This document shows positions 1 through 8,406 of a stretch of 32,568 nucleotides of DNA, one piece after another (position 1 is the stretch's first letter; every line of letters begins with the position of its first letter). The DNA is taken from positions 5,633 through 38,200 of the forward strand of contig CAZFZO010000001.1 of NCBI GenBank assembly GCA_964523595.1, written 5' to 3'. This stretch comes from an uncultured Candidatus Saccharibacteria bacterium. Its GTDB lineage: Bacteria; Patescibacteriota; Minisyncoccia; UBA6257; 1-14-0-10-44-23. A program made the position numbers and the translations under genes. Under the pieces are notes generated by a model. It was not told where the DNA came from. It saw nothing but the letters and a program-made list of their open reading frames with translations, and made no database searches.

Positions 1-699
1 ATCCCAGCGCCAATCAAAATAGAACGGATTCAAAAGTTGACCATTAACCGAACAAGAAGAACCAAGCACGGCGGCAGTGTTTTGAACGTCGAGCGTTAAA
101 AACTTTGGCGCCGAACTTCCCGATCCAGTTCCGATTTGGACCGAAGAAGCAGAGATGTCAGTTTTCAACAGGCTACCATATACGTTTTGCGAAGTTATAG
201 CAAAACCCGTCGCAAGCACCTGCTGACGCGGCGTCATCGACTCAAAGTTGGCGGCGTGACAAGTTGAAGTTGAGTTATTTACCTCAACATTTAAATAAAT
301 TGTATCCGTCGAATAAAAGTTATAATCAAGCGTATCCGCCTGACCAATTGTCGCACTAAAAACACCGTTTACTACGCTTAGCGTCGAAGAAGCGGGAGTG
401 CCTGATGGCCAGACCCTACTCCCTCCAAGGGCAGAGTCATATAATGAAAAACGGAAGCAGTAATTCGTACCACTGCCACCCAAGGCGTTGCCTGACGTAT
501 CAGTTAATCGCCCCTGATAGGAAAGTTTATTCGGCACGCCAACCGCAGCATCAGACGAAGGCGAAAGCCAACGCCCCACCACTAACACGCTCGATAAAAC
601 AAAGGTAAGCGCAACCTCAAGCCCGGTCAACAAAACAAGCGCAAATTTTCTACGCTTCAACTTCGAATCAAATTGTATTTTGTTATCCGTAATAGACAT
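1..699 (-). CDS. Surface/secreted protein, N-terminal part (gene runs off the window start)
   Basis: Absent from the supplied ORF track because it has no stop in the window. Hand translation from the ATG at 699-697 stays open for 233 codons to position 1: MSITDNKIQFDSKLKRRKFALVLLTGLEVALTFVLSSVLVVGRWLSPSSDAAVGVPNKLSYQGRLTDTSGNALGGSGTNYCFRFSLYDS... This gives a basic N-terminus, one hydrophobic helix and a Ser/Thr/Gly/Asn-rich body. There is a 3-nt gap to the stop of the 703-1332 gene. Confidence 0.6.
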   Translation of the reverse strand, partial: MSITDNKIQFDSKLKRRKFALVLLTGLEVALTFVLSSVLVVGRWLSPSSDAAVGVPNKLSYQGRLTDTSGNALGGSGTNYCFRFSLYDSALGGSRVWPSGTPASSTLSVVNGVFSATIGQADTLDYNFYSTDTIYLNVEVNNSTSTCHAANFESMTPRQQVLATGFAITSQNVYGSLLKTDISASSVQIGTGSGSSAPKFLTLDVQNTAAVLGSSCSVNGQLLNPFYFDWRWD

Positions 700-702
700 A
701 CA

Positions 703-1332
703 TTAAAACTTGAGCTGCTCAACAATTTCATCCACTTTCTCATACGCCTCCTCAAACTGCTTTTGTAGCTTTTCTTCTTTAGCGAGTTCACTCGCGCCAA
801 AATGATAATTATAGTGCACCGCTAATTCGAGCGGTGAAGGAATTTTAAGAAATATAACCTCCTGCGAGCGACCACCTTCGCGATCAAGCACAAATTGAAT
901 GCCGAAATCGGAAACGTTTCCCTTCTTTAAAATCTTTTCATCAACAAAATGCTTAAACAAATAATCAGTTGGTATCATCTTTTCAAAACGATACATAATA
1001 TCAAAATTGAAGCCAATCGCATTCAACTGTGCTTGTTTAAACAATTTAGGATAAATACGCACCGCCTCATGTATAAGTATAGACGAACCAGGAGCTGCTT
1101 TCGAGTCATCATCAATACGCAAGCGCACATTTTCAAGCGTTACCCGAAGTTTGAGCCTCGGGACTACCATGAATTTTGAACGAATCACTGGGTCGTCAAC
1201 GAATTGCGAGCCAGCCGAATCAGTAGACCCAAACAAATCTACAAAATCCCGATTTTCAGGAGCAGTAGTTTTTTGCGGATCAATCACGAAAATAATGTTC
1301 GATTGGGAAAGTGACTTAAAATTAGGCTTCAT
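703..1332 (-). CDS. Hypothetical soluble protein (209 aa), no recognisable motif
   Basis: ATG-initiated ORF packed tightly between neighbours (19 nt and 3 nt spacers). No hydrophobic segment and no catalytic motif recognised. Confidence 0.6.
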   Translation of the reverse strand: MKPNFKSLSQSNIIFVIDPQKTTAPENRDFVDLFGSTDSAGSQFVDDPVIRSKFMVVPRLKLRVTLENVRLRIDDDSKAAPGSSILIHEAVRIYPKLFKQAQLNAIGFNFDIMYRFEKMIPTDYLFKHFVDEKILKKGNVSDFGIQFVLDREGGRSQEVIFLKIPSPLELAVHYNYHFGASELAKEEKLQKQFEEAYEKVDEIVEQLKF

Positions 1333-1351
1333 AGTATCAATATGACAATAC

Positions 1352-2995
1352 TTATTCTACTTGAAACGGAACAACTGATGAAATTGGAATCCAAGAACCA
1401 CTCTCTGTCTGACTCGCCACAAGCAAGTGATAAGTACCAGCCTTCAAACTGCCAATACTCTCAACAACCGGTCCAAGCGCAACAGAGAAAGCTCCATTAC
1501 AAATAGATGCGGAGTTGTAAATGGCAGAACCAGGGCGCTGCTGATAGTCATTCGCTCCACGAAACACGAGCACTACATAATAATCTTCATTACAAGTTCC
1601 ATCGAGCACAATATCTTCTCGCTCGGCATCATAACTTACCGAAACACGACCACTCAAATCCTTAAGGCGCGCTCGTGCTTCAGTCACGTCCTGCCAGGGA
1701 AGAGAAATAATGCTTGGAATTGATCGACTCGTAAGAAGACGCAGGGCACGCGAAGGAATATATACAAATGGTGACTGTGAAGGATTTAAAAGTGGCAATT
1801 GTTCAGGCAAAAGAGACGGGACCTCCTCTAAAACGCTAGTAGTAGTAGCTGGTTCTGATTCAATTCCAGGTAGAGAGCTTGATGCTGAAGACGAAGTCGT
1901 TTGAATCGGAGCAACTTCAGTAGTTCGCGGAACCTCGGTATACGAAGCCTCAAGAGAAACACCATCAAGATATACCTCATAACGTGTATCAAGCGTCAGC
2001 ACGTCGCTATCAATGCGAATATGAAGCTTGGAAAGATCAGCCCAACTCGAAATCTCTGGACCATGCGTTGTCGACGAAGCGCCGTCAATAACCGGAGTCT
2101 GAAGCACCGGAATTTGATACACTAAATTAGCAAAACTCTTCTCATTAAACATACCAAGGTCATACCAAACCGATCCATCAAATGAGTACGAGATACGCCC
2201 AAGCGGCAACGAACTCTGCACGATATCAATCGCCTGCACACTATCACTCGCCTCTTGCGCTCGAGCAACCGGAACAAGCCAAGAGGATTGCGGACCATTT
2301 TCAGCTGGTGCAGTTGGTGGCACAACAGGAGAGTTAGCATCTTGCTGTGTCGAATTCACGCTAGGAACAGGATTCTCAACAGGAGCTTCAGCTGGAGGTG
2401 GTGTTACCGACTGCTCAGGTAAAACAATCGGCTCACTTGGAGCTACTGGAGTATCCGTCGCTGGGCTACCAGACGAAGAACCGTCTGGATTTAGAATAAG
2501 TTGAACTCCGCCATCAATCGGAGCTGGGTTCTCCCCCTCTGGATTAGCAGAAATCGAAACTTTTTTCACTCCCAAGGAAAAAGACAAGCTCAACGCCTCA
2601 ATAGCAGTTCCCTCTGGGGCTTGAATACCCGAAAAGGTATTACAATCAATACTCTGAACTCCACCAACAAACAATGCCGAGTTAGCCGGCGTAAATTCAG
2701 CTACATCAGCACCAGCGGTTAGTTCAGGTACTCCTTGAGCATTTTGTGCGTTCTGCCACCCACCCACGCAAGTAGCTGGATGAAAAACAAGCGCAGAACC
2801 ACGCGCAGTAAATGAATAGATTAAAAAAGCAGCAACAAATAAAACTCCTAACTCAATTGGATGTAACTTAGTAAACTCAAATATACGACTAGACCACTCG
2901 CTATATTTTTTTGTTTTCCCAAGGAAAACAACCCGCCCCTGTCCGCGCTTACTCTCACGTGAAGTTGTTAGTTTTTTTAAAAAGGGAAATTTCAT
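1352..2995 (-). CDS. Membrane-anchored extracellular protein with Pro/Ser/Thr-rich linker
   Basis: The track ORF starts at a TTG at 3019, and the first ATG is at 2995 (MKFPFLKK...). It has one hydrophobic helix (LGVLFVAAFLIYSF) and a proline-rich low-complexity stretch (PVAPSEPIVLPEQSVTPPPAEAPVENPVPS...PVVPPTAPAENGP). The C-terminal part is Cys-containing and looks beta-rich. The start codon is uncertain. Confidence 0.65.
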   Translation of the reverse strand: MKFPFLKKLTTSRESKRGQGRVVFLGKTKKYSEWSSRIFEFTKLHPIELGVLFVAAFLIYSFTARGSALVFHPATCVGGWQNAQNAQGVPELTAGADVAEFTPANSALFVGGVQSIDCNTFSGIQAPEGTAIEALSLSFSLGVKKVSISANPEGENPAPIDGGVQLILNPDGSSSGSPATDTPVAPSEPIVLPEQSVTPPPAEAPVENPVPSVNSTQQDANSPVVPPTAPAENGPQSSWLVPVARAQEASDSVQAIDIVQSSLPLGRISYSFDGSVWYDLGMFNEKSFANLVYQIPVLQTPVIDGASSTTHGPEISSWADLSKLHIRIDSDVLTLDTRYEVYLDGVSLEASYTEVPRTTEVAPIQTTSSSASSSLPGIESEPATTTSVLEEVPSLLPEQLPLLNPSQSPFVYIPSRALRLLTSRSIPSIISLPWQDVTEARARLKDLSGRVSVSYDAEREDIVLDGTCNEDYYVVLVFRGANDYQQRPGSAIYNSASICNGAFSVALGPVVESIGSLKAGTYHLLVASQTESGSWIPISSVVPFQVE

Positions 2996-3034
2996 CACAC
3001 TATGTATTAAGTTTACCAAATACCAGAGAAAAGA

Positions 3035-4915
3035 CTATGGTTGATGCGAAGCCTGTGAGAGCTGCTGTTTCATTTTCTCGATATCTGAACTCTGCACCTC
3101 CTTTAATTTAGGTTTATCATTGCGCGGATGAAGCTCTGAGAGAGAAACTTCCTTTTTGGGTGCACCGCCCCCACCCCGAGACTGCTGATGAGGCCGCTGC
3201 TCATTGCGCGACTGTGAAGAATGCACAGGACGAGCTTGCTTTGGAGCCTCAAACTCAATACCAATCGAAGCAAGCGAAGAAACACCCTTATCCATATGCT
3301 CCTGCGTTGGCTTTTTAATCGGCTTCACTGGCTTGAGCTCGCCCTTCTGAATCTTATTCATGCAATCAGAGCAATACACTGGCCTGCCAGGCGTTGGCTT
3401 AAATGGCAATTTCGCCTCCTTGCCACACGAAGAACACACCGCGATAGTCATCTCATCAGTTGATCGCTCACTTGAACGAGCAGTTGGGGCACTCGCTGGT
3501 CGCGCAGCATGCGAACTCGCTGACGTCGAAGGAGCTGATGGAGTAGTAGTATCAATATTCGATCGTCGCGGGGCATCATCTTCAGCCTCTACGCCAGTAC
3601 CACTCGCCCAACGATTAATCGCCGCCTCAATATCCTCTCTGCGACGCGCATAACGCTCACGAGAAGCAGTAATAATCTCATCGAGCGTAGCCGAACCACC
3701 CCGGCTCTTAAATGGCGCGATAGTCGCGGCAGAAAATGGACGTGCCGTAAACCCATCAACCATTAATTTAAGATAGATGTGATAGTTCGGAAGGTTCACG
3801 ATATCTTCAACGGTAAATTCAGGAGCGAACTCATTCTCTAAAAACTCCGCATCGGCCGCACCAACACGAAATACCACCATCGTACCAGTGTTACCAAATA
3901 CCGCATCGCGCACCTTTGTCGAAACATCAGTTACGAGCTGACCAACGTACTGGTGAGCGATAATCAAATCTAAGCGATACTTACGCGCTTCAGAGAGAAC
4001 GCTCGCAAACGAATCAGTCGCAAAGTTTTGAAACTCGTCAACATACAAATAAAAATCTTTACGCTCATCCTCAGGAATACGTACGCGCTCCATAGCCGAA
4101 AGCTGAATCTTCGTAATAAGCATCGCACCTAAAAGCGCTGAGTTGTCTTCGCCGATACGCCCCTTCGACACGTTAACCAAAAAGATTTTTCGACTATTCA
4201 TAATGTCGAAAATATCAATCGTACTCGTCGTCTGTCCAACTACGTTACGAATAATCGACGTCGACAAAAACTGTCCAACTTTGTTTTGAATTGGAGCGAT
4301 AGCCTCTGAGCGAAACTTATCCTGCCACTCCTCATACTCATTAACCCAAAACGCTCGCACCACCGGGTCTTTTACGTTATTTACAATACGCTGACGATAG
4401 TTTTTATCGACAAGTAAACGCGGAATACCCAAAAGCGTAGTATTCGGAGTATCAAGCAACGCTAAAATCGCATTGTTCATAATATACTCCATACGTGCAC
4501 TCCACACGTTACTCCAAATCTTAGTAAAGATACCCATAAGTCCAGAAGCAACTAAGTGTTTGTAGCGTGGATCTGGGAGCTCGAGTACATTAAAACCCAT
4601 GTGATAGTCGATATCAGCTGGATTAAAATACACCACATCTTTAATGCGTTCTCGTGGAATCATCGAAAGCACTCCCTCAATCAACTCACCGTGTGGATCA
4701 ACCACACACAGCCCATCACCATTCGCAATATCTTGTGCGATTAAATTATGCAAAAAAGCAGACTTACCCGTACCCGTCTTCCCAATCACATACATGTGTT
4801 GACGACGGTCCTTTCGTTTTATACCAAAAAGTTTCGACGCACCTCGAAAATCAGTGCGAGCAAAATACACAACATTCTGGCTATTATCTGGCGCAGGTTG
4901 AGATGACTGGTGCAT
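3035..4915 (-). CDS. TraD/TrwB/VirD4-like (type IV coupling-protein-like) P-loop ATPase, soluble, with C-terminal CxxC-x17-CxxC zinc ribbon and basic low-complexity tail
   Basis: FGIKRKDRRQHMYVIGKTGTGKS (Walker A). FYLYVDEFQNF (Walker B). ARKYRLDLIIAHQYVGQL motif. No N-terminal TM segment. CSSC-GKEAKLPFKPTPGRPVY-CSDC is encoded at 3362-3436. Confidence 0.8.
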   Translation of the reverse strand: MHQSSQPAPDNSQNVVYFARTDFRGASKLFGIKRKDRRQHMYVIGKTGTGKSAFLHNLIAQDIANGDGLCVVDPHGELIEGVLSMIPRERIKDVVYFNPADIDYHMGFNVLELPDPRYKHLVASGLMGIFTKIWSNVWSARMEYIMNNAILALLDTPNTTLLGIPRLLVDKNYRQRIVNNVKDPVVRAFWVNEYEEWQDKFRSEAIAPIQNKVGQFLSTSIIRNVVGQTTSTIDIFDIMNSRKIFLVNVSKGRIGEDNSALLGAMLITKIQLSAMERVRIPEDERKDFYLYVDEFQNFATDSFASVLSEARKYRLDLIIAHQYVGQLVTDVSTKVRDAVFGNTGTMVVFRVGAADAEFLENEFAPEFTVEDIVNLPNYHIYLKLMVDGFTARPFSAATIAPFKSRGGSATLDEIITASRERYARRREDIEAAINRWASGTGVEAEDDAPRRSNIDTTTPSAPSTSASSHAARPASAPTARSSERSTDEMTIAVCSSCGKEAKLPFKPTPGRPVYCSDCMNKIQKGELKPVKPIKKPTQEHMDKGVSSLASIGIEFEAPKQARPVHSSQSRNEQRPHQQSRGGGGAPKKEVSLSELHPRNDKPKLKEVQSSDIEKMKQQLSQASHQP

Positions 4916-4938
4916 AGATATAATAAGTTACCTCTATT

Positions 4939-4966
4939 AGTATAGCGTAAAATAACCACGCCTCAA
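4939..4966 (-). promoter_or_regulatory. Candidate sigma70-type promoter for the second ATPase gene (TTGAGG-16-TATACT)
   Basis: On the minus strand, TTGAGG is at 4966-4961 and TATACT at 4944-4939, with a 16-nt spacer. It lies in the only sizeable gap (66 nt) inside the operon. Confidence 0.35.
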
Positions 4967-4981
4967 AAACTAAGATAAAGC

Positions 4982-6370
4982 CTAAAAAGAAGGCGGAGGA
5001 ACTGGTACGCGCCCACTCACCGCAGGGTGGCAGTATCTACCACGAAATGTTTTCATAATCTTCTCGCGAGCCGAAGGAGTATTTGGAGGCAGCACCTTGA
5101 GCGTTTCTGCTGAAAATGGATCGCACGGCTCACCGTCAATAACCATCTTAATATAAAACTCACGCTTCCCGAGGTTGATCATATCCTTAACCTTAAATAC
5201 AGGCGCAAGCTCACTCTCAAGTCGCTCCGCATCCTCTCCTCCAATACGAAACACAATTATCGTACCCACGTTACCAAAAATCGACGAGCGAAAATGCTCA
5301 ATAATCTGACCAAGGTACTGATGCGCGATCGTAAATGAGATGTGATACTTTTTTCCCTCAAATAACAAATTCTCAAACGTCTCCGTTATGAGATGATGGA
5401 ACTCATCGACATACACATTAAAATCTTTACGGGTCGCCTCGGGCTGATTCAGGCGTGCCATACCGGCTTGCTTGAGCTTAATCAAAAAGAGCCCGCCAAA
5501 AAAACTTGAGTTCTCTTTACCCAACTTTCCCTTATTAAGATTGATGAGTACGATTTTCTGACTTTTGAGCCAATCATTCACATCAATCGCATTCTCTTGT
5601 TTGGTAAAAATCGAACGAAGAAGTGGATCGGAAAAAAATTGAGCCAGTTTATTTACTAGTGGAGCAACCGCCTCCGCCTCGACTTTTTCCGTTTTCGTAG
5701 ACCAAGCCACAAACTCATCACGCCAAAACCGTTGCACCATCTCATCAGTGATGTGCGGGATAACTTCAGCGCGATACGCGGCATCAGTAAGCATCGAGAT
5801 CATACCGCGCATCGTCGCCTGCGGATAATCAAGAAGCGCGAGCACGATAAAACGAAACACGTGCTCGATATGAGCATTCCAACTCGCACCAAATTGCGAC
5901 TCAAGAATCTCGATAAGCCCTTGAGCAAACTGATGCCTAAACGCAGGCTCGATGCCTGACAACGGGTTAAAGGCCACCGGACAATCAATATCAGATGGAT
6001 CAATAACCAAAACATCTTCAGCCCGACCTTCAGGAATAAAATCCAAAATATCATTAATCAGATCTCCGTGTTGATCAAACAAGCAAACCCCCCTGCCCGC
6101 GCTAATATCCTGTCGAATCATAAGCTCCATAAGCTTCGTCTTGCCCGTGCCACTCTTTCCGATCATGTATACGTTTCGCCGGCGATCAACACGCTTAATA
6201 CCAAACACATACTTCTTCTCTTCGAGTGCCGCAACATAGTTCGTCTTTCCAATAAACGAAGTCTCGACTGTATCAACCTTACCCAGAACTGGAAGCTGCG
6301 CCGGAGGAGGCGCATACTTTACCGTCTGTAATTTTACTGCCGCGGACGCCGCCGGTTGTGGATCAGCCAT
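4982..6370 (-). CDS. TraD/TrwB/VirD4-like P-loop ATPase, soluble paralog of the downstream gene
   Basis: FGIKRVDRRRNVYMIGKSGTGKT (Walker A). FNVYVDEFHHL (Walker B). GKKYHISFTIAHQYLGQI. Collinear similarity to the 3035-4915 product along the whole core. No TM segment and no zinc ribbon. Confidence 0.8.
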   Translation of the reverse strand: MADPQPAASAAVKLQTVKYAPPPAQLPVLGKVDTVETSFIGKTNYVAALEEKKYVFGIKRVDRRRNVYMIGKSGTGKTKLMELMIRQDISAGRGVCLFDQHGDLINDILDFIPEGRAEDVLVIDPSDIDCPVAFNPLSGIEPAFRHQFAQGLIEILESQFGASWNAHIEHVFRFIVLALLDYPQATMRGMISMLTDAAYRAEVIPHITDEMVQRFWRDEFVAWSTKTEKVEAEAVAPLVNKLAQFFSDPLLRSIFTKQENAIDVNDWLKSQKIVLINLNKGKLGKENSSFFGGLFLIKLKQAGMARLNQPEATRKDFNVYVDEFHHLITETFENLLFEGKKYHISFTIAHQYLGQIIEHFRSSIFGNVGTIIVFRIGGEDAERLESELAPVFKVKDMINLGKREFYIKMVIDGEPCDPFSAETLKVLPPNTPSAREKIMKTFRGRYCHPAVSGRVPVPPPSF

Positions 6371-6379
6371 AAAAATAAA

Positions 6380-7030
6380 CTAGAAAGCATCTAGCTCCAT
6401 TAAGAAATCGCGAAACGCCTGAAGCGAGTTTTGCGCATCTTGTTGAGACACGCCAAATCCAGGCGTGTGAACTAAATCATTACGCAAGCGATGCGCCCTC
6501 CAGACTCGCTCCAAGCTCTTGAGCTCACCTGGTTGAATATTACTCAATCTATCCGCCATCGTCTCACCCGCGTACTCGGCGTGCTTTAAAAAATAATCAA
6601 CAAGTGTATCAGCCTCAATAATAGCTAATCGCATATTTTCAGGAGTCCCCGTCCGAAACCGAGCGACTAAATTATTCCAGTGGAGTAAAATCGTCTTATC
6701 TTTTTTCAACTTACGTTTCACCACAGCCACGCTCGGCGTCTCAAACATACTCACCTTAGGAAACGTATGCCAAGACTTCACGCCGCAGTAAATAATAAGA
6801 GCTAATAAGATGATATCGATAATCACAAAACTTGGGACAACCCACTGATGCCACCAAGCTGCCGCAGCAACTCCAGCGGTACCAAGCACATCAGTATTAA
6901 CTAGCTGATCGGCGGTATCAAAACCCGAACGTAAAACCGGCGACAAGATGTACGCTGCGATACCAATAATAACCACACCGACAACAACGGGTTCAAACCA
7001 ACCTGGACCTGATGCGTGTTCGTCAGCCAT
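6380..7030 (-). CDS. Polytopic membrane protein with cytoplasmic helical C-terminal domain carrying an Rx4H motif
   Basis: Hydrophobic segments VVVGVVIIGIAAYIL, GTAGVAAAAWW and FVIIDIILLALIIYCGV. The C-terminal domain reads ...ERVWRAHRLRNDLVHTPGFGVSQQDAQNSLQAFRDFL. There is a 5-nt gap to the upstream gene and a 9-nt gap to the downstream gene. Confidence 0.65.
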   Translation of the reverse strand: MADEHASGPGWFEPVVVGVVIIGIAAYILSPVLRSGFDTADQLVNTDVLGTAGVAAAAWWHQWVVPSFVIIDIILLALIIYCGVKSWHTFPKVSMFETPSVAVVKRKLKKDKTILLHWNNLVARFRTGTPENMRLAIIEADTLVDYFLKHAEYAGETMADRLSNIQPGELKSLERVWRAHRLRNDLVHTPGFGVSQQDAQNSLQAFRDFLMELDAF

Positions 7031-7035
7031 AGTAG

Positions 7036-8328
7036 TTATAAGAATTTATCCAATACCTTTTCATCTGCATAAATCGGTAACCCAGCCGGAGCACCAAACT
7101 TCTTGCTCTCAACACGCTTAGTGTGTGGCGCAGTTAAAACGATACCTGTTGGTGGGTGGAACAACGTCGCGAGCGACTCAGTATTTAACTCAAACTCGGT
7201 TGAGTGAAAATTAAAGTTAAGTGGGTGTGAAGAGATAAGTTTGCCAAAAAACGACTCGATACCAGCTTCACGGTGATGATAGTACCCCCAAAGTCGCTGC
7301 TTACGTAACTTTTTACGGATTCCAGTAAATAAATACGGGAACTTATACGGACTCGCTCCTGTCATCATGCCAAAGTTCTGCCCAAACGCATTAAGATCGC
7401 CAGCAGAGTACTGGTTAAACGCACTAATAATACCGCGGCGAGCAAACGAGTCATAAAAATCAACCTTCGGCCCCATATAGACGAAACGAACTGCACACGC
7501 AAATGGCGGCTTAGAAAAATTACGCTCTACCGCATCAAGTATATCACCCTGACGCTTCGACTTCGGAATCATCATTGGAAAACCACCCTCCTTGTCAGAC
7601 TCAACTTTTCTCGGCTCGCGCAACTTATCAATATCAGCCTCAAAATGCTTAATCCACGACTCGTGATCGTGTGGAATAATGTTAAACTGTAATCCCAAAA
7701 ACTCCTTCTCCTTGACTTGTCCAAGCACCTCCAAAAAGCTAGAGATCGGATCAAACTGCAGTTGCTCATCGGGAGTTTCAAAATCCAAATAACTCTTAAT
7801 CGGATACATCGAAGGCTTTTTAAGCGTCATCTCTGTTCCCCACATCTCATACCCCTGCGCACGAATATCCGCATATGTATGCGGCAGTGAGTGCATATAA
7901 TCATGCACCTCATTGAGCTCAACATCAGGATACGCAGAATAAAAAGCCGCCTCAACTAGTGGACGTAGGTGCTCTTCGCAGCGAATATAAAAATGAATCT
8001 GCCCACCAAAACTCACCATCTCAAGAGTGAACCAATACGTAACCTCACCACCGTTATACCGATCACGCCAAGTGCTTGGCGAGTTTCGAAGCTGATGAAG
8101 TGATTGAAGTACCTGATCCATTCCACGCGGACTCTTCTCGAGTAGCCGCGGAATAATAATTTCTAAAAAGACCCACTTCGTATCTTCGATAAAAAGTTGT
8201 TGCCTCCAAAAAAGATAAGCTGAACGAAAAAGCGGAAAAAGAATAAAAAACAAAACAACCGGCCAAATATTTAAAAGAAAAGCGGCGGCATACCCCCAGA
8301 GCTGTTGTGCAAAATCAAAAAAACTCAT
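7036..8328 (-). CDS. N-terminally membrane-anchored protein (430 aa), first gene of the operon, function unknown
   Basis: The ATG ORF has an N-terminal hydrophobic hairpin (AAAFLLNIWPVVLFFILFPLF) followed by a roughly 380-aa soluble domain. No motif recognised. Confidence 0.7.
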   Translation of the reverse strand: MSFFDFAQQLWGYAAAFLLNIWPVVLFFILFPLFRSAYLFWRQQLFIEDTKWVFLEIIIPRLLEKSPRGMDQVLQSLHQLRNSPSTWRDRYNGGEVTYWFTLEMVSFGGQIHFYIRCEEHLRPLVEAAFYSAYPDVELNEVHDYMHSLPHTYADIRAQGYEMWGTEMTLKKPSMYPIKSYLDFETPDEQLQFDPISSFLEVLGQVKEKEFLGLQFNIIPHDHESWIKHFEADIDKLREPRKVESDKEGGFPMMIPKSKRQGDILDAVERNFSKPPFACAVRFVYMGPKVDFYDSFARRGIISAFNQYSAGDLNAFGQNFGMMTGASPYKFPYLFTGIRKKLRKQRLWGYYHHREAGIESFFGKLISSHPLNFNFHSTEFELNTESLATLFHPPTGIVLTAPHTKRVESKKFGAPAGLPIYADEKVLDKFL

Positions 8329-8341
8329 ACGTTCTGTATTA

Positions 8342-8370
8342 AGTATATCGCCCTTTGCCTATTGCCTCAA
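8342..8370 (-). promoter_or_regulatory. Candidate sigma70-type promoter of the 8328->1 operon (TTGAGG-17-TATACT)
   Basis: On the minus strand, TTGAGG is at 8370-8365 and TATACT at 8347-8342, with a 17-nt spacer. It sits directly after the upstream terminator hairpin. Confidence 0.4.
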
Positions 8371-8371
8371 G

Positions 8372-8398
8372 AATCAAAACGAGCCCCGGAGGGCTCGC
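8372..8398 (-). terminator. Rho-independent terminator after the sigma-r4/HARE-HTH gene
   Basis: The 7-bp GC-rich stem CGAGCCC/GGGCTCG (8380-8397) has a 4-nt loop. On the minus strand it is followed by TTTTGATT. Confidence 0.6.
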
Positions 8399-8406
8399 TT
8401 TAATTC

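Noticed and set aside
405-608. 67-aa plus-strand ORF at the window start.
   Set aside because: It is antisense to the longer uninterrupted minus-strand frame (1-699), which has a proper ATG, an operonic position and a signal-anchor.
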